A DNA stretch of 64,000 nt from a virus. Lineage: Duplodnaviria; Caudoviricetes. Position numbers and translations under genes: made by a program. The notes beneath the pieces are model-generated. The model saw nothing but the letters and a program-made list of their open reading frames with translations. It made no database searches and was not told the DNA's origin. Shown one piece after another: positions 42,737-52,628 of the stretch (position 1 is the first letter of the stretch; every line of letters starts with the position of its first letter). The stretch is taken from the IMG/VR virus record IMGVR_UViG_3300037067_003221, positions 1 to 64,000 of that record. One strand, 5' to 3'.

Positions 42737-43233
42737 ATTTAACACGCTAACCAGTCAGACTGTTGCAAACTACTGCGCCCGGCATTCAGCGGGCAATATG
42801 AACGGGGAGGTTATGAAGCGGTTAATTCCGCGAACGGGGGTTAGATACAGCCACCGACAATATACATTATCGTTTGCGGCCAAACCATTTTTAAGAAGTC
42901 CCGTTGTTCCCTCTCGTTGTTCCTTTTCGTTGTTGCATTGTCTTAACATTTTAATTATACCTCATTTTCAGGCTTTGTCAAGTAAGTTGCGTCAGATTTT
43001 TTGGAATTGTCTCGCCATAGAATTTTGGACAAAACCACGCAGCATTTTGTCAGTAGATTTTTCGGTCGGGGTTGATCGGATTATCGGGGTAAAGCGATGG
43101 GCGAAAAGTTTTGGCACGATTCTGACCCCGACATTTGGCATAACTGTACATAAAAATACCCCGTCCATAGTCGGGGTATCAACACGCTTCTAAGCGCGTT
43201 TGAAATTGCCGTAAATCCTTACCACATAAGCAC

Positions 43234-44965
43234 TTAGGGCGTTTCAAAACCCTCCCTATGCGTCAGGATATAATGGCGCGAATCCTGCTTAAAGGCGGTT
43301 AGCCAGTGGCGAAACCACACTTCTAATTGTGCAACCGGGTGCATACGCTTCATGCGTTTTCCTTCCAACCACGCCCGCCACACTGGATTGTTGGCATGTA
43401 GGTATCGCACGCGCCAACTAAAATAGTCCAGTAACCATTGATAATGCTCGGCAGTCAGGGCGGTATTGGTTTCACGCAACACGCCATCGAAAATGACCCG
43501 CACAATCAATGCAGTCCGATCTTCAAACACGTCGATAGGTGTCGGCTGATTCATTATTCCAACCCTATTACAATCAGGTCAGTCAGGGCAAGCAGCATAT
43601 TCCGCTCGACCCGCAAATCTTCCAACACGGCCTTCAAGGCTTTTCGCTGCGCCCGCTCGACCGTATCGGCCTCAAACATAACGGGCATTCTGTTGCGGCT
43701 TGTGTACACGCCCCAGAGCGAACCATCTTTGTAAAGGTGAATGAGTAGCGTATCGACAAAGGCCCGCCACGTTGACCTATCCTCTTGTTGCCAGTGTATC
43801 ATCGTTTTGAGTGTGGTAGTTTGTGCCGGGGGATAAGGTAAAGGGGGTGAAAGTCACGCCCAAACGGCTCACAGTCGATTGTTCGGGGCGTTAATAGTTT
43901 CCGGCATTCAGGGCACCGGAATCGGGAGGGGCGTTGCTTCCCCTCCCTTATCGGTTGGTCTGATACATTGCACCACTCACTTGTGGGGTGCTGTTTCGGT
44001 TTTCGTTTCTCTCTCATTTTCGGGCACGATTCTTCAACAGTTGGGCGTAAATAGTTTTGCCGCCCACAGTCGGGCGCGGCTTGGATTTCCAACCGCATAA
44101 CGCCATGATGTAACCGACGGTCAGCGCGCCCATGACCATAACACCACAGAAAAGCAGCGTCAAGACAGGGATAGCCATGACGATAGCCACGGGAATCCAA
44201 AGCGGGGAAAGTACCCAAAGCCAGGACCACGCGATAACGCCACACAATTTCAGGGCGATAAACAAAATCGCCAAGGCACCACAAAAACCAATCTTCATGT
44301 CTCAATCTCCAAGGGGTTAAAGAAGTCTAATTGTTGAAATTATCAAATAGGAATCAAAGGAAAACGGGGACAGCATGTGCCGACCTTGACGGTTTTCCAG
44401 GTTGTTACGCCTTACGCAGTAATCTTCGACGGTTTCACCTTCATCAAGCAGCGGCCCGCCCTCACGCGAGGCAAGATCAGCTAGTTTCTCTTTGCTAACC
44501 GAAACGGCCAGGGGTGTTTCTCCCCAGTTGTAACCATCATACGACCACTCTTTGAGTATGTAAATGTGTTCCATATCACAAGTATAGCACAGTTTTTCAG
44601 TTTGTCAAGGGCATGGCGATTATTTCGTCGATCATATCGCGGAAGCGTTTATTTTCTTTCAGTTGCTCTTTCAAGGTAAGCGGTTCGCGGGGATACTTAC
44701 CCAATTGGTCATTGCGGTAGCCCTCCGAAAGGCAGTCAATCATCCATCGCAGTTTGCCCCACCACGCCATATTTATTTGATGACTAATTTCATCGGTTCT
44801 TTCTCCTGCCGCGAACTTTGCTTCGCAGCGTTTTGTCCCGTCGAAAACAGCCAAAGATGCTTCGGTCAGTATATCATTAAAATCGCATCGGTGCATCCCG
44901 CTGATTATCACTTCACCACCGGGTAGAAACGTCACTCTGGGTTTTCGTGTTCGGTATTCTTTCAT
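43234..44965 (-). other. Small hypothetical CDSs including membrane protein 44014-44298 and leaderless 44317-44574 and 44597-44965
   Basis: LKLCGVIAWSWLWVLSPLWIP transmembrane motif; promoters directly abut two ATGs. Confidence 0.6.
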
Positions 44966-44987
44966 ATCACAAGTATAGCACAGTTTT

Positions 44988-45869
44988 TCAGTTTGTCAAC
45001 CAGTCGAATTGAATTGTTCCATCAGGCATGATAACCACGGCCCGCACGTTATTGCCGTCCCCGGCTTGCTTGTACTTGGCAAGCTGCCGTAGGCTCGAAA
45101 ACGAGAATCGTAGCGTCTTTTCGCCGTACTTGTATTCTTCATACCAATAGTAATCGCCTATTTTTTGCTGAATAAATCGAAAGCGGGGGTCAGCTACCAC
45201 CCGATCTAAGAGTGGTTTCCAGCATAAATTTCGACTCCCCTCCGCATCGGTAGGGAAGCGTAAGGAAAAACGAGTATGATCGAACGAATTGATAAAGGCG
45301 ATAAAGTTATCAAAATTGTTATCCTGCAAAACCGTTTGAATAGTTGCGTTGCGAAAATGCGGCAGGTTCCAGTATTGACCCCGCTCAACACCAAAATAGT
45401 TATGAACGGATAAATTGATACGACGGGCATTCTGCAAACAATCGTGATACGGTGCGCCCGACGTATTAAGGTTATAAGTCGTATTTATGGCATTAAGCCG
45501 ATAGAATAAAAATGACAGATGATCGGGATAGAGCAACGGTTCGCCGCCCGTGATTGACAACGTAGGGAATAGCCCGGCGTATAGCAGCGCACAGAACAAC
45601 GAGTCAAGTGTCTGACATTGCTTGATTTCGTCCCGATTTTCATCGCCTACGGGATTCAATCGTTCGACGCAGAACGGGCAAGAGAAGGGGCATTTTTTCG
45701 TCACTAAAAGCTGAACATTCAGCCGCCGATAAATCGACGTATAGGCTTGCTCCGCAAATTCAAACGGATAGACGTTATGCTGCGTATAATACGCATACTC
45801 CGGCCCGAAAAACTTCTCGATAGTTTCGAGCGACGTATCAATTCGTTGACTTAGATCGAATGTTCTCAT
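44988..45869 (-). CDS. Radical SAM enzyme
   Basis: CPFSCPFC (CxxxCxxC), SITGGEP, NTSG. Confidence 0.85.
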   Translation of the reverse strand: MRTFDLSQRIDTSLETIEKFFGPEYAYYTQHNVYPFEFAEQAYTSIYRRLNVQLLVTKKCPFSCPFCVERLNPVGDENRDEIKQCQTLDSLFCALLYAGLFPTLSITGGEPLLYPDHLSFLFYRLNAINTTYNLNTSGAPYHDCLQNARRINLSVHNYFGVERGQYWNLPHFRNATIQTVLQDNNFDNFIAFINSFDHTRFSLRFPTDAEGSRNLCWKPLLDRVVADPRFRFIQQKIGDYYWYEEYKYGEKTLRFSFSSLRQLAKYKQAGDGNNVRAVVIMPDGTIQFDWLTN

Positions 45870-45888
45870 ACAACAACTATACCATATT

Positions 45889-46179
45889 TCAGGCGGTTGT
45901 CAAGTGTCTATGGCAACGACTCAGCATATATTCGATGCGCGAGCAATCGAAACAATCATCACATTCCAGACACAACTCACAATCGTTGCAATAGGTACAA
46001 TTCGTACAGGTGGTCAGACCCCCAGAGGCTCGGCAATTAGTACAGCCGTCACAGAAGTCACATCTGATACAGTTTTCACAATTGGAACAGTTGACGCATC
46101 CGAAACAATTGCTACAATTCTCGCAATTGAAACAGTTGACGCAGTTAGTACAGTTGATATTGCCGTCGCTATCGGTCAT
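45889..46179 (-). CDS. CxxCxxC-repeat protein
   Basis: MTDSDGNINCTNCVNCFNC... Confidence 0.7.
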   Translation of the reverse strand: MTDSDGNINCTNCVNCFNCENCSNCFGCVNCSNCENCIRCDFCDGCTNCRASGGLTTCTNCTYCNDCELCLECDDCFDCSRIEYMLSRCHRHLTTA

Positions 46180-46799
46180 TGGCAGTTTCCCAATACTTGA
46201 CCATCCGAGTAACCTACTTGCCAAGCCTCTTCCCATGCCATACGCGCAAGGGATTTAGCCCGCTCCCTATCTTGTATCCGGTTGAAAATAAATAGGAGTG
46301 GGCTTTGCTCTATCTTTTCATCCCACCATGCGTCAAAGACTTCATCCATTGTTTACCCTTTCGCTTCGGGATGCAAGGCGTAGCGCGTTATGCAAGCTAA
46401 CATCCCGGCCTATCCGCACTTTGATTGCTCCTGCTACCAGCATCACCGCCCTACGGCGGGCAGTCCGAATGTTAGCAGAGTTGTACCGTTTGTAAAGGCC
46501 GAATGAATCGCACGTTACGCGCCATTCGTTTCCTTCCAAGTTGTCAACGTAAAATCGCAAGGTTCCAAAGGTGCCAGTTGCGTTTTGTCCGCTCCGGTCT
46601 ATGTCCCATTGTATGGCGTTTACCATTAGTAGTCCTCTTCCATACTGCCGTCAGAATAGCCCTCACTCCATCCTTCGGAATGACCCCGATTCCAGGCAGC
46701 AAGCCAAATTTCATGGGCGAGTTCCTTACCCTCAACCATATCGGGGTAATGTTCAAGCCACCACAATTCAAAATCTCGATTCATAGTTACCTCTTTCAG

Positions 46800-46872
46800 G
46801 GTGGCCGACGGGACTCGAACCCGCGCATCGCGGATTCACAGTCCGCCGCCTTACCAACTTGGCTACGACCAC
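46800..46872 (-). tRNA. tRNA-His(GTG); no encoded G-1 or CCA
   Basis: Cloverleaf GTGGTCG/CGGCCAC, anticodon arm GCGGA-CTGTGAA-TCCGC, GTTCGA T-loop, C73; position -1 is T. Confidence 0.92.
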
Positions 46873-46874
46873 AG

Positions 46875-46946
46875 CGGGCAAATAAGGACTCGAACCCTAA
46901 CCAACGGGTTTGGAAGCCGTCATGCTAGCCATTACACCATTCGCCC
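46875..46946 (-). tRNA. tRNA-Trp(CCA)
   Basis: GGGCGAA/TTTGCCC acceptor, G73, anticodon arm ACGGC-TTCCAAA-CCCGT with C31:C39 mismatch. Confidence 0.85.
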
Positions 46947-47143
46947 GATTACTCGTTATTCGTGTACTCAATCCAAGCCAGCCGCCAATATAAATCCAGC
47001 ATGGCAGACTTGACTTCGGCAGTGCAAACTACATTTTCCAAAACGTCCAACAACCTTTTCGTTGCGGCAATAATATCGTCACGTTGTCTTTCGGCGATAT
47101 AAAGTTTTGTTTCGGCAATATAAAGTTTTGTTTCCATATTCAA

Positions 47144-48109
47144 CTATACCATATTTTCAATGGTTGTCAAGTTTAATTTTTCCGACACCACATTATTGAA
47201 CGCCACAAGCCGCTGATTGCAGCCGTAACGGCAAACGCCATGCTTGCACGGCTCTTTGCTCTTGATACCATCCCGATACAAGTGGGAACAAGTCGATTCC
47301 TCACCATCCGGCCCGATAACCCGCTCACTCATGGAGAGGTAGCACGGCTCAGACAGATTGTTTTCGGGGAAGCGAGTACCAGCGATAAGCCGCTGTTTGC
47401 TGTCCATCGTTTCGCACAGTAACGCTAATGATTCCTCTGGCAGTAGCGATTTCATTTCCGGCACAATCCGCCAGAAAAAATTCTCAATATCTCCCGGCGA
47501 AAACACGAAATTCGGATTAGTTCCCTTGTACACCGAGAAAAACAGGGCGTACAAGTCGGGGAATACTTCATTGGAATATCGAATGAAGTCGGGCGCGTGC
47601 CGGTAGTTCTCCCTTGTCAGGGTGTACGTAATCGAAGTGACCGTATGTTTACACGCCCACTTGATATTGTTTACAACCTCATGGAAAGCGTCACGACCGA
47701 CCAAATTGTTCCAATAGGATGCGCTGCACGAATCGAGCGATACTTTCAACCGGCGAATATGCTGCGCAGGCGGGGCAATGTAGGCGTTAGTATTCAGGTG
47801 AAACTGATACTCGTTGCCATGCTCCTCGATGTAGGGGTACAGCCACGGCACAATGGACGGCTCGCCCCCGGTAATGTGGATAATCGCCGTTTTCCCGTAA
47901 GCCGCTACAATCTCTTCAAACCGCTCTTTGGAGAGGGTTTTCGGAGTCTGCGCGATATTGCAATACTTGCATCGAAAGTTGCAGCCTTCCGTAATAAACA
48001 CCGCAACCCGGCGAACGGGCGGGGCAATACCCGCGCGAACGCAGTCAACGGTTTCTTTCATCCGGGCGGCAAAGTTATCCCAATAAAGTGAGGGGCGTAT
48101 TGTGTTCAT
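47144..48109 (-). CDS. Radical SAM enzyme with Cys-containing twitch/SPASM-like C-terminus
   Basis: CNFRCKYC, ITGGEP, NTN, VSLD; C...I.PDG...C..C...C...C. Confidence 0.85.
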   Translation of the reverse strand: MNTIRPSLYWDNFAARMKETVDCVRAGIAPPVRRVAVFITEGCNFRCKYCNIAQTPKTLSKERFEEIVAAYGKTAIIHITGGEPSIVPWLYPYIEEHGNEYQFHLNTNAYIAPPAQHIRRLKVSLDSCSASYWNNLVGRDAFHEVVNNIKWACKHTVTSITYTLTRENYRHAPDFIRYSNEVFPDLYALFFSVYKGTNPNFVFSPGDIENFFWRIVPEMKSLLPEESLALLCETMDSKQRLIAGTRFPENNLSEPCYLSMSERVIGPDGEESTCSHLYRDGIKSKEPCKHGVCRYGCNQRLVAFNNVVSEKLNLTTIENMV

Positions 48110-48144
48110 ACTGCAATTATACCTTATTTTCAAGGGTTGTCAAG

Positions 48145-49242
48145 TTAGTCCCCAGCCTTAAAATTGTAAACCGGCTTGAGAACGTCCGTAATATCCGCCG
48201 TAGGCTCGATATTCGCTACAATCTCTTCCATTGCTTTATACGCCATAGGCGATTCATCCAACGTGTCGGGCGTAACGCTAGTGGTATAAATACCCTCCAT
48301 AGAGGCAGTAAAATCTTCCATGTTCAGCTTGCGTTTCGCTTCTTTCCGGCCCATCAACCGGCCCGCACCGTGCGGGGCTGATTGGTTCCACTCATAGTTG
48401 CCCTTACCCACGCAAAGCAAGCTACCATCCCGCATATTGATCGGCACAATAAACGGCTCACCCGCCCTTGCCGACACCGCGCCCTTTCGCAGAATGTTTT
48501 GCATATCGATGTAGTTGTGAACAGTTTGAAACTTGACAAGGCCGGTAAGCGGCACACCGAGAAGTTCCGTCACAATCCGACGAACCATTGTAACACGGTT
48601 CAGCGTTGCGTATCCCTGCACAGTCCGCATATCCGTCAAGTAATGATCTTTGAACGCGCCCGTTAAATAGCACAGGTCACGATGAATTTCAAGCCGCTCC
48701 GGGCAAAGTTCAGCGGCAAGGTGCTGATAATAATCAGCTACCTGCTTACCAAGGTTTCGGCTTCCCGAATGCACTACCAACCAAAGATCACCGGCAGTAT
48801 CGTGATTCACTTCGATGAAATGATTACCGCCGCCGAGCGAACCTAACGCAAGATCATAGTCGGCTTGTCGAATGCTCGCACCGCAATACAGGCCCGATAC
48901 ATCAAAGTGAGTCTGCGCGGTTTCATTGTTTCGGAAACCAAACGGGATTTTTTCGCGGATAAAATCGTCAAGCCGCTTCAAGTCAATCTCACGCTCGACG
49001 CGAACAACCGCCACCCCACAACCAATATCTACACCCACTAAGTTGGGGACAACCTTATCGCCCACCATCAGGGTGGTGCCGATAACGCAACCGGCCCCGG
49101 CATGGCAATCGGGCATGATACGCACCTTTGAATTAGCAGCAAACGAATGATCGATAAGTTGCTGTATCTGCGCGATAGTCGTTTCGTCCGGCGTATCCGT
49201 GAAGATTTTAGCCGCGGTGTAGCGTCCGGTAAGTTCGATCAT
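48145..49242 (-). CDS. rtcB: RNA ligase RtcB (2',3'-cyclic phosphate/5'-OH ligase)
   Basis: MPDCH.G.G, VGVDIGCG, GSLGGGNHFIE, HSGSR, HNY, RKGA, SAPHGAGR, DESP.AYK. Confidence 0.95.
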   Translation of the reverse strand: MIELTGRYTAAKIFTDTPDETTIAQIQQLIDHSFAANSKVRIMPDCHAGAGCVIGTTLMVGDKVVPNLVGVDIGCGVAVVRVEREIDLKRLDDFIREKIPFGFRNNETAQTHFDVSGLYCGASIRQADYDLALGSLGGGNHFIEVNHDTAGDLWLVVHSGSRNLGKQVADYYQHLAAELCPERLEIHRDLCYLTGAFKDHYLTDMRTVQGYATLNRVTMVRRIVTELLGVPLTGLVKFQTVHNYIDMQNILRKGAVSARAGEPFIVPINMRDGSLLCVGKGNYEWNQSAPHGAGRLMGRKEAKRKLNMEDFTASMEGIYTTSVTPDTLDESPMAYKAMEEIVANIEPTADITDVLKPVYNFKAGD

Positions 49243-49251
49243 AATGTTTCC

Positions 49252-49530
49252 TTAGTTTGTTAAGTACCGGGTTGTTAAATCCTCACGCAATTCCATAAGC
49301 ATTTCCGTATCTTTTAGAAGTTTCCATTCCATCGTTTCAATAGCGAAAACCGTAGCCCGTTGCTTTGCAGTTTGCAAATCGTTGGCGACGAAAATTCGAT
49401 CCCGTCCGTTGAATGTGGCAACCCATTGGTCGCTGCCCGGCAAATTCTTACGTAAAAGAATTTCATGCGGCTGAAAATTCCGCGAACCAGTTGCCACCCA
49501 TTTTGAATCAATTTGTTCCCATTCGAGCAT
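49252..49530 (-). CDS. Hypothetical protein
   Basis: AAGGA RBS; lies between the ncRNA and rtcB. Confidence 0.6.
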   Translation of the reverse strand: MLEWEQIDSKWVATGSRNFQPHEILLRKNLPGSDQWVATFNGRDRIFVANDLQTAKQRATVFAIETMEWKLLKDTEMLMELREDLTTRYLTN

Positions 49531-49554
49531 TTTGTATTATTCCTTGTTATAAAA

Positions 49555-49681
49555 TGTAGCCGGGTGGGAGTCGAACCCACATAAGGCAACCGGCCTCTTT
49601 TGTGTTGGAGTCGAACCAACCCCCTCTTCCAGAGCTTCCCAGGGAATTGAACCCCGCACATTTTCCGCTAACGCCGACTAC
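49555..49681 (-). ncRNA. Novel tRNA-mimic RNA with three D-hairpin/T-arm modules
   Basis: 8-bp terminal stem GTAGTCGG/CCGGCTAC plus A; three 5-bp stems with TTC(G/A)A(C/T)T loops; starts 7 nt after a TATAAT box. Confidence 0.75.
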
Positions 49682-49911
49682 ATTTTAATTATACCTCATG
49701 TTTTCTAAAAGTCAAATCAAGGTCCAATTATTCCTATCGTCGGGGTCAAGTGAACGACCCGCCCGGCACTCATTCCGACCCCGACAATCAGACCTACCGG
49801 AAACAATAAAAGGCGGGGCTAATGATGACCCCGCCTAACGGCATTACCGGCATTACCACCCAATAGTTACGGCTAAGGTATCCGGTTTCAGTCCCCGTAA
49901 CAGTCTGCCGA

Positions 49912-51253
49912 TTAGAAAAAATAGCTCATAAAATATGCTCTAGGGGCAGCCAGCAATTCGACCAGATAATAGGCATTTATCGGAATAGCAATTGCCGCCA
50001 CAATCCAACTGATTGCCATCCCGGCATACGAAAGGATGTAAGGCGAATTATCGTCCATGTAGTTTTGCGGCTTGGTAACTTTTGCGATGCGGCTCAACGC
50101 ATACTGTATCGCCAAGGCCACCACAATAAGCACCGTAATCGCAATGCCATGTTTGATAATGCCCGCCAACACAAGTTGGTTGAAAGTTTCCGGCACTTCG
50201 CTCACAATCAAGTTCACATAATCCACGCTAGTTCTCCTCAAAAGGGTCAAGTAAATTAGCCAATAATTTGTGTCAAAGCAGCTTTGCCCGCTTCGTATTC
50301 TGCCGGGGTTGCTTCCCGCATCCGGGTCTGCTTACCGCTCGGATGGTTCCAACTGCAATGGCAAATGGAAGGGCCTAATCCGTGAATTGTCCAAGCGGCA
50401 TTGCCACAAATGTCACAGATAACGAGTTTTTCGTTAGGTGTCGGTTGCCCCTTGATCTTGAAAGTAGGGTAGTCGATTTTGACTTTGGTTTTCTTCATCA
50501 TGCTTTCAACCAATTTCGATAATTCCGACGGCCATATCGCAGTTGAAACAATCTTCGGCGATTTCTTCCACGGTCATAGTCGGGGCAAATTCAAACCCCA
50601 TCGGAATGAGAAGATTGAATAAAGCCTCTACTGGCGTAGCGGCCTCAATCTTGTGCATCTTGACCACGTTATCAAAATAGTTCATAAGTGACACGACGTA
50701 CAGTTTCATGTTTTCCTCTTATTGTTGGAGTCTATTCAAGTATAGCACACTTTTCGGAGTTGTCAAGTATCAATCCGATATTCATCGTTGCAAATTGCAT
50801 CTTTCACCGCTTCGATGAAAGTTTCCCACCCATAAAAGGTATGGTCATAGTCTCGACAGGCTACCTTGAATGGCATGTGTATCCACCCCTGTTGATATTC
50901 CTCATTCCATACGGCATACCAGCCGGGGAAGAAATGCACCCGCTTACCTGCGCGCAGGCCAGCTTCGATTGCGACGATATGATGGATATTTTTCATTACG
51001 CGCGTAATACCTCATGGATTGATTCCAATTCGTCAACCCGCGCTTGGATAAATTCACCGGCTAATTTCAGCAAGTTGGCTTTGCCAGTGTCCAAACCAGT
51101 ACCCAACGCGATACCATCGACAATCAAAGAACCGAACGTAATACGCCCGCCGCAACGGTCGCTTCCGATATTATGCCATAGCAACAACACTAGCCCACGT
51201 TCCTCTATGCGGTAGTATTGCAGGGGGTAATGATCGGGGTGAGTTTCTTCCAA
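49912..51253 (-). other. Five small hypothetical CDSs, one with transmembrane segments (49912-50250)
   Basis: Abutting ORFs. Confidence 0.55.
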
Positions 51254-51259
51254 CGCATG

Positions 51260-51892
51260 TTATTGCCGCTTATGCGCGGCCCTCCATTCGATACTGACAA
51301 ATTTGTAAATGTGGTCACATACGCCTGTATAGTATTTTTCGCACGATAGACACGGCCCGGCGTAAGAAGGGCAAACCAAATAAATGTCAGGGTCAATCCC
51401 GAAAAGCAATTTGTGAGCCTTCCGGTAAAGTGTCCTATCGCCCTCTCTTAACAGCGGCAGCAACAGTTGCTTTTCAGCAACGTAAACCTTACCAAAGTTC
51501 GGGTCATGCTCGACAATCGAGGGAACATTATCGAGTATGTCGGCCAGTTTGATTGTCTTGGCATCGGGGCAAGCCCGCGCCAAGTGATTTCGTTCTAGTT
51601 GCTTGCGAGTGTCCCGGTTGCCGTCGGCATGGGTGGTAACATTCGTAACCTCAGAAACCAATTTAGCGACACGACTGTTGAAAAGATCATCAATCTCACT
51701 AATCAGAACTTCGGTATCTTCGACAACATCGTGCAGCCATGCCGCAGCAATTACATTCGCATCATTCGATACGCTCGCTACGACCCCGGCAACAGCTTCG
51801 GGATGTACAATGTACGGTTCGTCGGTGTACTTTCGCATCTGACCGTCATGCACCATTTCGGCAAATTTAGCGGCCCGTTGAATTAGTGTCAT
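51260..51892 (-). CDS. HD-domain (p)ppGpp hydrolase-like protein (small alarmone hydrolase, Mesh1-like)
   Basis: A..FA...H.GQ.RK....PY..HP..VA, AAWLHDVVEDT, IKLAD..DN. Confidence 0.85.
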   Translation of the reverse strand: MTLIQRAAKFAEMVHDGQMRKYTDEPYIVHPEAVAGVVASVSNDANVIAAAWLHDVVEDTEVLISEIDDLFNSRVAKLVSEVTNVTTHADGNRDTRKQLERNHLARACPDAKTIKLADILDNVPSIVEHDPNFGKVYVAEKQLLLPLLREGDRTLYRKAHKLLFGIDPDIYLVCPSYAGPCLSCEKYYTGVCDHIYKFVSIEWRAAHKRQ

Positions 51893-52234
51893 TATTCGTC
51901 CCGTTGCACAAAGTAAATGGATACCCGTTTAGAGGGGTGATTAGCCGTATAAATAGGGTGTACTTGCAAGGGGTAAAAGCCCTTGGCATCCCACTCGATT
52001 AGGGTATCATACAGTTTGTCAATCTCGACAACCAGGAAAAAACAATCATGTTTAATCATTAGTGGTAGTTCCTAAAATGACAGGTATTCTCGAAAAACGC
52101 TAATTCCATTTCCCATTCATTGGGAAGCAGATCATTGGGAAATAGGTCCGGTTCGGTTTCATGGTGGGCTTTCCACCACGCCACAAACTTATTCAGCCTT
52201 GTAAGCCGGTCGAATATCCAAGCATCAATGTCCA

Positions 52235-52606
52235 TTAAAAATCCCCCAAAGCGAGTACAGCCGACATATCGCCCGCCCGCGCCTTACGCATGGTTTCGAT
52301 ATGCTCTTGACGCATATCGTTGTTGACCTTTTCAGCCGCTTCACAGAGCAAGGTAAACCGTCGAACGGCACCGGCCCGGCCCTTGAAAATCCAGCACTTG
52401 TCACGACCTTTGCCGACCACCCGCTTTGGGGTTAGAAGCACAAAGTCTCGCATTGCATCACGGCAACGCATTTCCGGCCCTACAATGTACTTGCCGGTTC
52501 GACTATGAAAGATAGCCGGGGCCATGCCCGTATTGCAGCACCCGTAAAACTCAGGCCCTTTGTAGCCTTTTCCTTTCGATAATCTTGGTACTTGTATTGT
52601 GTTCAT
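52235..52606 (-). CDS. Hypothetical protein, leaderless
   Basis: ATG 6 nt after TATAGT. Confidence 0.6.
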   Translation of the reverse strand: MNTIQVPRLSKGKGYKGPEFYGCCNTGMAPAIFHSRTGKYIVGPEMRCRDAMRDFVLLTPKRVVGKGRDKCWIFKGRAGAVRRFTLLCEAAEKVNNDMRQEHIETMRKARAGDMSAVLALGDF

Positions 52607-52628
52607 ACTACAACTATAACACAGATTT

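Noticed and set aside
42855-42885. GCC GCA AAC GAT AAT (AANDN) resembling a tmRNA tag
   Set aside because: The frame continues ~30 codons without an ALAA-type end and there are no tRNA-like termini around it
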